NCBI RefSeq assembly: GCF_001194135.2
Contig: NC_068998.1
Coordinates: 35,156,433-35,220,432, forward strand
Source of the DNA: Octopus bimaculoides
Taxonomy: Eukaryota
Reading direction: 5' to 3'
DNA: 64,000 nt
Numbering within the stretch: the first letter of the stretch is position 1; every line of letters starts with the position of its first letter. The notes beneath the pieces were generated by a model. It saw nothing but the letters and a program-made list of their open reading frames with translations, made no database searches and had not been told where the DNA came from. The position numbers were made by a program, and so were the translations under genes. Below, piece after piece: positions 30,001 to 44,903 of this stretch.

Positions 30001-32930
30001 TGTGTTTAATGAAGAGAACTGCTGTTATTGAGTATTCACGATCATCATTATCATCATCATCTTCACCACCACCAGTACCATCACAATCATTACATCCACC
30101 ACCACTATCATTTCTATTTCTAGGAGGAGGAATGACCCTGCAGAGGGTCTATTAGTGACTCCTACATGATTATGATGACGATGATGACAGCAGTGGTGGC
30201 ATTGGTGATGGTAGCAGTATCTTTTGCTAACCACCACTATGACAGCGAGCACTTTGTTGATGACTACCAAATCTATAACAAAAACTTCTCTGACAGGGAT
30301 GACTTCTTTGATGACTATGAAGACAGTTTTTTTATTTTTTATTCATTTTTCATTTAACACATTTTCATGATTTTTCTGTTTTCTCTTTTCATTTTAGGTT
30401 CAAATCCGTTTTCAAAATCAATCAGTGTTTACGTCCCATTTCTATGAAAAAACACTCAGAAAAGAAGATGATTCATCAAAACTTGTGCCACCTTACAATT
30501 CCTTTGCACCCAGTGGCATTGCTGAGGTAAATAGGTTTCTTCTTCTCCTTCTTTACTATGTCAACATCTGATATACATTACTATATGTGTTTTATTATGC
30601 ATCACTAACCTAATTCTCATGTTCCAACATACCCAACCGCTTAATAGTTAGGTGCCACAGTGTTTATCATGTTTGTTTGCTTCATTTATTTTCTGCCTTT
30701 CCACTAGGTGCTGCAATGTTTATTATGGCTGTTTGTTTCATTAATTCTTTGACATTCCATTATGGTATCTCAAAGACTAATGAAGCTTGTAAGTCCACAT
30801 TATTTTTATCAATGATTACTAAGCAAAATAAAATATTATTTCTTATATGGTTTTATAAAATTTAGCTTCTTTTTTTTTCTAAAAAAACAAAAATGTAATT
30901 TGGTTGTATGCTAAGTGAGCTATAGATCATATAAAAGACAAAATCATTGAGAAGGAAATTGAATTGCAATACAAATATGCCTATATGTAAAAAAAAACAG
31001 AGTCAGTTGCACACACAAACAAAAAAATGTTATAGAAATAGATTCAGACAAGCAATTATATAACATCAGAGTTTATTTCACATAGTGATGCCCATAATAG
31101 AAAAGCAAAAGTAGATTCAGATTATCATCATCATCATCATCAACATCATAGTTAGGTAACCCTGTTGAAACAAGCTTCACAACTCCTCCTTGGTTCCTGG
31201 AGCTATTGACTCTGCACTATCACACTTGTATTTCATTCCCAAATTTCTGATGTTGACATCTGTATAAGACAGCTTGCAACATTTCTCCACAACTCGGCTG
31301 AGCTTATCTTTTTCTCTGAAGCACTTTCCAGGAAATTGTACTCTACATTACCTCACTGCTTGTGAAATTCAAATACCGGCCACTTATATTGTTTCACCAG
31401 TTGCTGTGGCCATGCTGGGGGCATTACTATAATATGGATAGAAACTTCCTTTTATTAACTTTTCATATTGGGGAAGATATTACTTTTGGCTTATGCCACA
31501 GAATTGCAGACCAGTAAACAGTGACACTCCCCACCTGTTTTGATTTTAATATTATGAATTTAGGATAGACTGGTAAAATTGGTTGAGTGTTGACCAAACT
31601 TTCTAGTGCTGTTTAGTTGTATACTTCTATGTTCTGTGTTTGTATCCCACCAACATCTGAGTTATTTTCCATCACTAAGTACCAGTCAAGTCCTAAAGTT
31701 AAGAATCAACATTATTCCTTTAGATGAGTGTTGTTAATGAGAAAATCAGTAGAGTAATAAACAAAATACCATTCAATATTTAGTTACACCTAAGGGGCCA
31801 CTTAGCTTCAATTCTCCATAGCCACTTGCTGGTCACTTTTTTAAAAGGCTGCAAGCTGACAGAATCATTAGTACACTAGGCAAGATGCTCAGTGGCAATT
31901 TGTCCATCTTTACATTCTGAGTTCAAATTCCACTGAAGTCAACTTTACCTTTCATCCTTTTGTGGTCATTAGAATAAGTACTGGTTGAACACAGGGGGTG
32001 ATGTAATTGTTTGACCCCACCCACCCACCACCAGCACCACCACATTGAAACTACAGGATTTGGGCCAAAATTTGAAACCAATATTTAGTTACACCACTTC
32101 ATGCTCTCCTTCCAAATTTCACTGGCCAAGATCAATTTTGTCTTGCATCTTGGCTTTTAGAAAAGATACCCTGTATCTTTGTGTGATGTATGAGGTGACT
32201 AAAAGGGTGGCATCAGGAAGGCTTTTCAGCTGTAAAAACATTGTCCTGAAAAATGGACCTAAAGATGATAGTAAAATGATGATACATCTCAGTTACACAT
32301 AAATGAGTACCAATAAAATGTAGGGCCAATATAATCAACTGTGTGTGGTCTTGTACCAAAATTATAAATCAGTATTTTAATTTCGAGCTGTGTTGATAAT
32401 GTTGGCCCAATCAGTTATTTGGAAAATTCATCAGGAAGCTTCTAGTTTTGTTCCATTACATTTTGAGTTCAAATCCTGCTAGGAATCAGCTTTGCCTTTC
32501 ATCCCACATGAATTTATGTCATGTGCTCACAACGTGCTATGGTTGATCCAATCAATTACAGCCCTCTTGTAATATTATTGATTTCTCATATTAGCTCTGA
32601 ACCGATATGAGGAATTTTAGTATGGTTAGATTAGGCAGTTAATATCTCTCATTTATTTTTATTTTAGTTATTTATTTTGTATTGCATTTGGTGAACAATA
32701 GCATTATTAGTTACAGGTTTCCAGCAAACCAATCACCGGTTCAATGCATTTCTGATAATTAGAGTGACAAGGGATTGTCTAACTCAGCAGAACAACTACC
32801 ACACAGAACATTTCTATTTGAAAGTACCAGTTTTCTGATTTTTATGCTAGTGTTTACTTTCTTCACCAACATATACCGAGAAAGATTTGCAAAAGCATAA
32901 CAGATATGCACATCTACAAAGATATATATC

Positions 32931-32982
<52 letters not shown>

Positions 32983-33890
32983 CTGGCCAGAGCAAATGTT
33001 CTTACATGGCTGCATGGTAGTATATAAGAAATCTCCAAGCCCATCTAACATTACTATAAATGGCCTCACTGTTTCTCTGATATTGATGGTGATCCAATGT
33101 TCCTGATTATATCTCAGCTGTTTTCTAACAGATGAATCATACATATAGCTATATATAAATGACATACATAAGATGTCATTTCACATGGATATATATAAAT
33201 GTATATATATATACATATACATGTATATTGTTGGGGTTGTAGGTCAAAGCAGTTATGTGAGATGCAAAGGAGGAATATACAAATAGACTAGTAACTACGA
33301 CAACAAATAGATAAATATCTGAATAAACAAGTGAATGGGTAAAATATATGATATATTAAAACATTTGGCAGTTTGAAATCTTAATGATAATATAATTTCA
33401 ACTGGCTATTCCTGTACAATTTTTGAGTTCGAATTTATCAGTGACTGAACTAGCTGACTTGAGTGAGCTTCTTCAATGTGCAGATTTGTTGCATCCAAAA
33501 CCTCTCTTTATGTATTTCTTTTCTATGTTTCCCTTTGAATACTATTCTAGGTGATGTGGATGAGGGATAGTGTTCTATTCTTCTGATATGTAACTGTCAT
33601 TTTGCTTTATCAAATGCTGATGTGAGCACATTGGTATGTTAATTTGTAAATTACTACTACAGCTGGTTGCAGATAGTTTGGTCTGGTTAATTAGCTGCAT
33701 GATTAAAACCATACCCTCTTCTGAGCCAAAAGAACATGGGCATTCTCTTGTAGTTTCAGTCCTGCTAAGCATTGCTGGGTGCAGTAATACTGTCAGAAGG
33801 TGCTGAAACTGAAATCACCTGTCTGACTGTGTAATGTGTCAGGCTGGAGATCCCAACTGCAAGAGAATATCTGACAGTGCAAGCTGTATG

Positions 33891-33933
<43 letters not shown>

Positions 33934-36169
33934 ATAGCTACTGTCAAAGTAAAAGTCTGGGAAGAAATTAATTAATGTTAGTAATAATATTACATAGATA
34001 AATCCAAAGGTAAAAGTTTTTTTTGCTATTTTATTTTGTTACAAAATAAAATGCCTCTTATTAACTAGAAGTCACTCTTTAGTTATGCTTTAGTATCATA
34101 CATGTCTGTGTGAGTCTGTAAAATTTTTGGTGCCTAAACTTCTGAACTATTTTTCTATAAAATTTCATACAGAGAGTAATTTATACTAAATTTTTATTTA
34201 TTTATGTAACTTGTTATAATTTTAAAATTTATTTAGCTATTTCTGCCATTTATCAAATATTCATATCAAAGCAAATTTTTCTCCCCCTTGCACATGTATT
34301 TTAAAAAATCATTTTTAATTCTTTTGAATCTTATTTTTTTCCACTCTAACTGCATTTTTTTTCTATCAGACATGAATGAATTTTTCTAGATATTTATTGG
34401 AAATACATCTTATATAAATAGACAGTCATAAATGTGCAGTACAGTATTTAAAATAGCGTGAAATTAAATGACATTGAATACAAAAAAAACTAGTCTGTTG
34501 ACCATGTTCAAATAAAAAATGCTCTGTGATCAAATGGACTGGTATTGTTTGATATGAAGTTGAATGTAAAAGTATTTTTGTGATGTAGTTGTTAGTTAAA
34601 AATAATATTGTAATGACGCTATTATGTTTTGTTTTGCTATTTTCCTTGTTTCCGTTCTTTTGTTTTTACTCTAAGAAGGGTGGTCTCAGCCTATGGCCCT
34701 AGTAAGGTCACTCAAACTGAGGAGGTACAATTTAGGTAATTTTCTGTAAGGAACAGATGGACAAAATGGGAGTTCCAGAAGATAGCGGTTCTGAGTTTGT
34801 AGAAATTTTAGTCTGCTATTTAGGTGAGTGAGCGATGGTAAGGTAATGAGGAGCAGGTACATTGACTGGAAGTGGGTTACAAGGGTTTTCAGTTTGCAAC
34901 ACTGAGCAGGACCCATTGTATTAGCAGTTTTTTTTTGTTTTTATTTTTCTCTTTGCTGCTTTTGCAGATTCCAATGACACTCTATCACCATCCACTTCCA
35001 TTTTTATGAATTTGAATTGGAAACTTGAGTCATAGTGAAATTTTCATTAGCTGATTAGGTGACCATGCTTGCCCAGGCCCCCCCCCCACTATGGACGCAT
35101 TGCAGTTATTCTCTTGATAGAGCTTGGTGATCCTGACCATTAATCTTTTAGGATTTCTCCACTCAGCATCAATGTACAAAACACTGTTGGCTCAGTTGAG
35201 CTCTTCACAATATGCCATGACTTTGTGTATCCCTGGCAAAGTGACTGAATGGGTGCTTTGCCTTGCTAAAGGGAAGCCTGTAACTATACATGACGTGGTC
35301 ATCACTCCATGAGGTAATTTCAAAGTACCAACATACCATAATATAAGCAATATTAGGGATTCAACTCATCAATTGACTAAAGACTGTAATATATTGCTGA
35401 ATGAAATTTTTTAAATTCAGCTGTCACTGTGTCTGATTAGTTCTTAATTAATATAAATCTATTAACATATTTACTTTTAGCTATATAGTGTGAAATTATT
35501 TCAATTTCAAATCTCTTCCTTCATTATAACTTCCTGCAGAGAATCTCATGGAATCTTTATATTTGCACACCTGAAAAAGTTGTAATATTCTTGGCAATTC
35601 AATGATAATCAATTGATGAGAAGATAAGCTGACTATTTGTTCTTCGTTATCGCACACAGCAAGTGATTACTGTTGAACATGAAGCAATGATGTGACAAAT
35701 TTTAAGTGCAGTCCCAATTAGTTTTCAGGTGTTCTAATAATCAGAATAAATCTCACATTTAACCTTTACTAATACCCTACACTAATTAAACAACTGCACA
35801 TTTTATAATTACACATCAGCCTTTAGCTATAGAGGTTTATTCAATAATTGATAGTTCAATATTTCTAGATAATATGTGTGAATTAGTACAATTCATGTTA
35901 ATGACATTCTCTGCAGGAAACTTCCTGTTCTATCAGTTCAGTTATTTGTGAGGTGAACCATGGTGCCTTAAATTTGTACATGTATTTTTAAAATACTATG
36001 TTTAATTATTTTGGAATTTATTTTCCCCAGTGTAACCACTTTCTTTTCTGACATGAACAAATAACTCCATATTTTATAGAAAATATAGCAGAAAAATAAA
36101 TAGACATATTTGGATAGCCCATAAATTATCCAAAATTTTAAGTTGACATGCATTGAAATATAAATAAAT

Positions 36170-36215
<46 letters not shown>

Positions 36216-39200
36216 CAGCAGCAGCAGCAGCAAATTCTTTCATGTTTTGTGTGTATGCGTGTTCTGAGCAAAACATAACCAAGTATTCTGAGAATAGTAT
36301 TGCACTTAAGCATGATTCATCTGTTGCTGAAAACTCTAAATACACACACACGCACACACACACACATCACTTGTGAATATGGCCTTCCTAGCTAGGACTC
36401 TGTTTTCACTGATTGTGTTAGGTGCCCATGTAATTGTGAGCAAATATAGATTCCCTTTCAACCTCAACTTAGCAAAACATTGAAGATGCTTCTGTAGGAG
36501 GGAAAGAAAGATTTGCCACCATTTGACTATATTCATTTACTGCTGAGCTATGGGAAATGACATGTCTTGCCTTACTCAAGGAAACAACATGAGCATGTAC
36601 ACCCTTCTGATGTGATCATCTCTTCCAAAATCAGCAAGAAGGGGAATCTCTATGGAGAACCGTTTCAAAACCTGCAACTCCTCTATCCCAGTTATGAATT
36701 TACATTCATACCAATAATCATTTTGTGCAAGCAACTTATAAGTTAGGGATATCTCATCACATGGCTCAGATGTTATGCAAATATCAATCATTTGCCTTTG
36801 CTTATTTCACACTATATTAATTAACTTAATTATCAACAAAATGCTATTAATCAGTTTTTGTTCTTTTCTGATTCTAGGGTCCTTTAATCTATGTCAACTA
36901 TGGCAGAATTGAAGACTTTCAGTACCTCCATAAAAATCATTCCGTAAACTTCACTGGCTCAGTAGTCATTGCACGCTATGGAAAGATTTTTAGAGGTGAT
37001 AAGGTAAGTTTCGGATTTATGAAGACAGAACATGTCACCTTTCATTATTCATTTCTAATTCATCTGTCTAATTCAGCACATACATGTTTGAGGAAGACCA
37101 ATAATTTTTCTTATCTCTTATCTAGAACTCCACTTTCTCTTTTGGAAGAAATAATATCTTATAATATATGGATCACATCATAACTATATCTAATTAAATA
37201 TTAAGAGTTACATTTATGTAGTTGTCATAAAAACTGTAGAATTTTATATTAATGATCTTTATTTTAATGCAACAATACATTTGTGTTTATTTTGGAAGTA
37301 TTAAGTTTAAAGCTAGCTTTTTGGAAGTATTAAGTTTAAAGCTAGCTGTAAGTATTTGACTGGTTACACCTATGTCATAAGTTTGTTTCTCCCCAACTGC
37401 TTAGGAAGGTACCATTTTTTTTCAATAACTGCAATAAGATTTTATTTTTGTTTCTATTTAATTTGTTCTCTTGTAGAAAAAGGAGAAAATCTGTACTCTT
37501 TTAAGCTAAATAATATGATACGCTGCCCATGTATTGTATATTCATATAGAATTTCCTCTCTGTGTGGATAGTAGTAAGGGTTGATCTATCAAGGTTAAGA
37601 GACATGAAAAAACATTGCTATTGCTCAATGAGACTGATAGATTTGGAAGTTTATTAACCCTTCAATAAATTCTCTTCTGTTTATTTCATATGAGATTGAG
37701 TTCTTCAAGGTTGTAATTGTAATGAAAGATAGCTACTATTTCTGTACTTCTTGAAAATTCTTTACCCACCTGTCTGCAAAGAAGATGAATTACATCAAAC
37801 AAAAATTTCAACTGAAAGACTGAAGTTTAGGCTAAAAGAATTCTCAATTTTTGGAAATGAAATACACTCATAATGTAAATGTGCTATTAGACTCAAAAAT
37901 CAACTGTAGAGAGGTACAGGTGGTAGAGCAAGGAATCAAATAGACAGTAGGATTTAGTTATGTCACCTTATGTTTTGTGTTCTAACACCATTCAGCTTAA
38001 CTTTGACTGGCCAATAAATTGATAGCCAAACTAAAATTACAAAGAATTATGGAAAGTAAGTCTTCAGTCATCGGTCAAAAATAACTAAATAAAATAACTA
38101 CAGGTTCAGTGACAACCTAAGCTGCTTTCTTCTCTTTGAAGAGTTCAGTATATTTATCAAGTTTGCCTGTTTATTCAGTCATCAGTTAAAAAAACAAAAT
38201 GCTCTTTCTCAGACAAAGAAATATATTTTAAGCATTGAATTTCTTTTCTCTTTCGGCATACAAACTGATCCAAACTCACAAAATTTATTCGATAATTTTT
38301 GTCGAAACAGATCATCATCATTTTCATTGGACTTCATTTTTTTTTTATCCATTCAGTCAAAATGTCATGTTTTCTCTTTTCTTTTTTACCGTCTCAAGTG
38401 GTCTCTTCATGGTTGCTCAACTCATATAGTTTATTGACCTCATGTCTGCTATTCCTATTGGAAAACATTATTTTCTCTTTTAATACCTTGTAGAATAGTA
38501 AATGTCACTTAATATAAGTATTTCTTAAGCTGTATGGAACTTCTAAGTCTTTGTGCTTACCTCTGCTTTCTGTGATATGAGAGAAATTTCTCCAACTCTA
38601 GATAGAATGCCAATTTATCTATCACTTCTTCACCTACCGTAAATAGATTAAATTTTCTTAATGAGCCTATTTAAAACAAAATCTATTGTACTTCATAAAA
38701 TGCTACATAGTTACTGCTGCTTTTGTAGTTCTAGATCATCCTCAACAGTCAGATATAAGGCATATTTATGTAGCTGGTTACATGACTAGGTGCAGTCCAT
38801 AAATCTGGTATTTCAGGTATCCTATGTTTCCATCTAGTGGAGAATGATCTGTAGCCCTCTGTGTGACAATTCAGATAATTAGTCATATTCATAAGAACTA
38901 TGTACACTATTTATGATAATTATATAAATCATAATAGGAAACTCAGATTTTTGGTTGTATCATTATTCATTAATGTTATCCAAGCAGGATGCAATAAAAT
39001 TTGTACATCAACTGGTAGTCACCTTAGTTGTCTTGACCATAACCAAGCAAAACTATGACAGTAGCATAACAAGAGTACTATGGACTAGCTGGGTAGTGAG
39101 CAGGGTGTTATATTTATTAGAAATAGCTTTCGAGAATTTTATTAAAAACAGAATAATTAGATAATCCATAGAATTTAAGAAGATATTCAAAGCAGACTAA

Positions 39201-39956
39201 AAATATATAGAAATATAAGATACAAATGCACATAACTGTGAAAATCAATACCAGAAGCCTATGGTAATAAATGTTAGTATAACTTATTGCTTTTTCTTTT
39301 CTACTGTCCTGTTTATTTTTGTATGCTAGTAAGTTTTTGTGGTGGCCACATTGGCAGTGGACTTGGTTAGAGCATTACACTTGTTATTTGGTGGCTGTGT
39401 ATAGTTATACAAGTAATTGAGTACAGAGAAACAAATAAGCTATGCGGACATTCATAGGCAAAAATCAAAGTTCAAGTAATTTCTATATTTCTATGTTTAT
39501 GTGGCTGTTGAACATTATTATTTTTTTTTGTCTGTGACAAAGCTTTTCAGCCCCTGCAGTGATTTAACCCCATTTTTTGTCAGGCTTTATCTTTTTCTTT
39601 CACTTGTTTCAGTCATTTGACTGCAGCCATGCTTGGGTACTGCTTTAAAGGGGTTTTTAGTCGAACAAATTGAACTCAGGACTTTTTTTTAAAGCCTACT
39701 ACTTATTCTGTCGGTCTCTTTAGCTAAACTGCTAAGTTACAAAGATGTAAGCACACCAACACCAGTTGTCAAGCAGTGGTGGGAGACACACACACATACA
39801 CACATATATGAGTGAGTGGACAAATGAAAGAAAAGGGCACCAACACATTTAGGAGTTACATGTATTATTTAAAACAGTTTGATTCAATTCCTGAAGGAGT
39901 CAGGCTCTCATTAGGGGCCTGCGAATCTTGAAGTAGCATGGAACCATATCAAACTG

Positions 39957-40016
<60 letters not shown>

Positions 40017-41274
40017 GTATATATAGCATCATCATCATCATCATCATCATTTAACCTCTGTTGTCCATGCTGGTATGGGTTTGAAGGTTTGACCAGGGCT
40101 GGCAAGCTGGAAGGCTGCACGAGACTCCAGTCTGATTTGGTATGGTTTCTATGGCTGGATGCCTTTCCTAATGCCAACCACTCTGAGAGTGCAATGGGTG
40201 CCTTTACATGCCACTGACACGGGTACCATTTGTGTGACCCCCAGTATCTGCCACAGCTACAGTTTTACTTGGCTTGATGAGTCTTCTTTGCAAGCATGGT
40301 ATAATGCCAAACATCTCGGTCATTTCTCATTGCCTCCATGAGGCCCAACACTCAAAAGGTGCTTTTCATGTGTCACCAACATCGACCACCTTGCCTCCGT
40401 GTGGCTCAACACTCAAACGATGCTTTTCACATGCCACCAGCACAGGTGCCAGTTATGTGACATCAGCATCAGCCACAGTTATGATTTCACTTGGCTTGAC
40501 AGGTCTTCTCAAGCACAGCATATCGCCAAAGTTCTCATTCACTAATACACACACACACACACACACACACAGGGCCACTCACAGGGCTTTGGTCAACCCA
40601 AGCCTATAACAAAAGACACTTGCCTGAGGTGCCATGCAATGAGACTAAACCTGGAACTATGTGATTGGGAAGCAAGCTTCTTACCATGCAGCCACACTTA
40701 TGCATTAGGAAGGAATCATAATTACATGTGTTTGCCTTTTTCACTTATCTTTTGGTGATCTGAACCAATTAAAAACTTCAAAGATGTGTCTCCAGTATGG
40801 AAGAGAACAAAGGGAGGTGGATCTTTATACTAGATAATCCAAATATTGCTTTAAAAGATCAGAACTATGTTTAACACAATGAATTTCTCTTTACTTTTTG
40901 ACCAACAGTTGTTAGTGTTGGCAGCTAACCTGGTTGAAAGATGGACTGCAAATGTCAAGATTATATTGCTACTGTAAACCATCTCAGTCATTCTACTGTA
41001 GCTTTTGGTTTAAACTTGCCATAAATCATACTTATCAAGGAATTGATATGCATTTGTGCATCTGCGATATGTGTATACATGCATGTGCTCATGTATATGA
41101 GTGTGTAATCTATACAGATTCAGCTACTCGTATTAAGTGAAACTTATTCATTGTACTCTGACAAGCTATATGAGAAAGTAATGTGAAATATAAAGGCTAT
41201 CAATAAAACAGGAGGGTGTATAGAGTAGGAGAAAATGTTAGTATACATTCAGCTTGGTTAATGATTTATTGGGT

Positions 41275-41312
<38 letters not shown>

Positions 41313-44300
41313 TTAAGTGGATTGAAGGAATATGAGGAAGCCAGTGATAGGGGCAGGAGAAGTTACACTGTACTGACTTAAAACCAAGCTATCTCTGTCA
41401 GTTGAGTATTCATTCGTACACAGTTGGAATGGATTGATCTTGGCTGCTTCTGTGTGTCCTATGTTTAATGTCTCAGAATGTAGAATCTCAGCAGATGTGT
41501 TCCATTTGATTAGGCATTTGATAATCTCTGTTCCAGAGAGTCGTTATCAATCTGAATGACCCTTGTGTGTATATTGTATATTGCAACACACTGTGTAGCA
41601 CACATAGGTGCCTTACTGTTCTTGTGGTGTGTTTAAGGCAAATGACTATATAGAAAACATATTTGTTAATAATATGTTGTCCTAAGAGCAGTGAGCCGGC
41701 AGAACTCTTACTGTGTCAGGCAAAATGCTTAGCGGCATTTCATCCATCTTTATATTTTGAGTTCAAATTCTGCTGAGGTTGACTGTGCCTTTCAGCCTTT
41801 TGAGGTCAATGAAATAAGTACCAGTTGAGCACTGGGGTTAATGTAATCAACTTACCCCCTCCCCCAAACTTGTGCCAAAATTTGAAACCAGCAGTACACT
41901 GCCCTGCTGTATACAGTGGTGAACAACACCTACTTGTATCATGTATACAGAGTGAAAGATGGCGAGCTAGCAGAATCATTAGCATGTCAGGCAAAACGTT
42001 TAGTAGCATTGCATCCATCATTACATTCTGAGTTCAGATGTTGCCGAAGTGGACTTTGCCTTTCATCCTTTGAGCGTCAATATAATAAGTACCAGTTGCG
42101 CACTGGGGTTGATGTAATCAACTATCCCCTCCTCCAAATGTCAGACCTTGTGCCTATTTTAGAAAGGACTAGCTATATAGAGTCACAGTCACTTTGGTGG
42201 TTCACTAGTGGACTCATCCAATGCTATTTATGAATTTTGGAATGTTACTATGTAGTTGCTCTCCTAAAAGAAATAGCAGCTAGATTTTCCTCAAATCACC
42301 TGTTATCATCTTAAAAGAGGAAAGAGACATTAGATAATTCAGTCCCTCAATAAAATACTTTTTTTAATAAGTTGAGTTAGGCATGTCTGGAATGTCTATG
42401 ACAATAGATCTGACCAATAAGAGTTAACCTGGAGCTAGGCAGTAACCTCTGTAGAGTTATACTGACTGAGCCAGTGAGAACTTAGTAACTTGTCCAAGGA
42501 CACAATGGCGGAACAGCAAACCCTTGAAATGGAAGGCTATAACTGACACCTGCTGCTGCTGGTAGATTCAGTGGTAGTAGTGGTGGTGGTTGTAGTAGGA
42601 GCAGGAGGAGGTGGAGTAGGAGAAAAACCCATTTTAATCCTCCATATTGCATGCAGCAGACAATAATACCAAGTGAAGGAAGAGCTGGCACAATAGTTGC
42701 AATTTTTTTTTTTTTTAATTTTTTTTTTTTTAAATTTTTTTTTTTATCAAAGTTTAGATCAGAAATAGGGAGGTTGTGGGTGGTGTGCAGGAGATGAAAC
42801 ATGCTACACTTGATGGACTTTATTAATAACTTTCTGAAAGACATGAAACATCTAACACACAAAGCCTTTTTACTTAACATTTCCTCACTCACTCTTCTAT
42901 TTCCTCTTGATATATTCAATGTACAATGCTGTTCTTTTATGAAGTGACTTACTGTGTGATTTTAGATTTTATCTAGAAAAAAACATAATAAAAAAGCATG
43001 TACTGACCATCTGGCCATTATTTCATTGTCAGGTATCTACAGTTATCTTACAATCATCAGTGAAATGAAGCATTATTGAATTTTTTTTCTGTATTTTAGA
43101 TGGGTGGGTTAGAGTTGTATAAATTTAGATATATTGATTTCTAACTGGAAGGTACAATCAATAAACTTGTGTTGTTGTTTTTGTTATTTAACCCCAGATT
43201 AACTCTGATCATACAGACATTTGATTGCAATTGAGCATAAGCATGCTGTTGTTGAAAAGCTCACATCCCTAACCAAGCAGTTTCAAGTTTTATTCTACAG
43301 TGTGGGACCATATGTATGTGTCATATACATACATATGGTTAACCTGGGACACATTCATATGTATGTGTCTCAGGTTAACCTAGGTCTTGTGAATGGAAAA
43401 TTTGGTAGAGAGCAACTGTGAAGGAGCACCTGCCATAAAATACATACATACATACATACACACATACACTTATATATTACGTCATATGTAAACAAACATA
43501 AGTTTGTTTTTGAAGCGCTGAAATGTATTGTAGTACAAGTAGAAAAATATATTTTTTCAACGCACAAGTACTGATAGAACATCATATATAGGATAAAATC
43601 TTTACAGAGGATTTTATTGTATATATATGCTAGGAAAGCAGCCAGTAGAGATATGTTTGTTCAGTACAATTCAGCCCTTCCACTCGGTGCCAAAATAGGA
43701 TACACCAGAAATGAACTTGCACGCATCCAGAGTAAGTGCAGCAGGACAGAAGATAAGGTGACCCGCACCACACACTTCCTAGAAATATTGAAAACCAACG
43801 GGTACCCTATATCCATTGTAAATCGGCTTAAGTACCCAAGACGACAAACACACCGAACACACAGAGAACCTGGCAACACATTAAAATACTTCCTTAGAAT
43901 ACCCCCATTTTAGTGAGAAAATAACTACAGCCATCTGAAGAGCTGGATTAGACATACAAGTAGCCCATTCTGGCCCCTCTCTGAGAAGACACTTAGCAAA
44001 GAAACAAGCAAGGGACAGCAATCAATGCACACAAGCTAACTGACCCATCCCTGACACAGATTTATGCCCACGGGTAACTATTGTGTATAGAATACAATGT
44101 AATAAATGCAACAAGTTCTATGTGGGTAGCACTACAAGACCGTTGCACATTCGCATCAAAGTGCATCTAAACACAAGAGCCTCCTCCCGCAGAAAACATC
44201 TAGACAGATGCTGGAACACCAACAAAAGCATAACAGTCACAATTGAGGCCAGTGAAAGAAATTTGGGTAATCTAAGAATTAAGGAAGCTATCCTCGTAGA

Positions 44301-44820
44301 CAGACTAGGGCCCCAAATTAACAACAGGCTGGAGGATGACAATCAATATATTATTTAGCTACATCTGGATGAGTGCGGGTTCATTTTTGATAACATGTTC
44401 ATGTATTATATAAAAAAAAGGAAAGAAGTAAAAAGAAACTGCACATATAATACATAACTTAGAAGCAGTGCTGCAGATGTGCCAACACACATGAGCTTGA
44501 GACATGGCTGCCCTAACACGCTTCTCATGTGGAATTCTGGAAGGAGATTAATGAGACTACTGCAGAGAAACTTCTAGAAAAACAATTTCAGTAACCATTG
44601 GCAAACCAATTATAGCAGTGACTTGATCAATTCCTAATGATATCTGAAGAAGGAATTTTTATATTCCGAAATATTATTCTATCAGACTATGGATAATTAA
44701 ATTATAACAATTATTATAGTCCACTCTGCATTGTTGTGCCATTCAAGACATGTTATATTTTACCTATATATACTGTTCTATCAGTACTTATGCATTGAAA
44801 AAATATCTTTCTACTTGTAC

Positions 44821-44903
<83 letters not shown>

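Noticed and set aside
34680-34918. Gypsy/LTR integrase C-terminal fragment (PPQFE*PY on the minus strand)
   Set aside because: A single short, degenerate motif with no other pol features; too weak to call.
42482-42919. 145-aa minus-strand ORF as a nested gene
   Set aside because: It is assembled from a poly(A) tract, trinucleotide low-complexity sequence and a SINE-like fragment; it has no recognisable domain or splice context.
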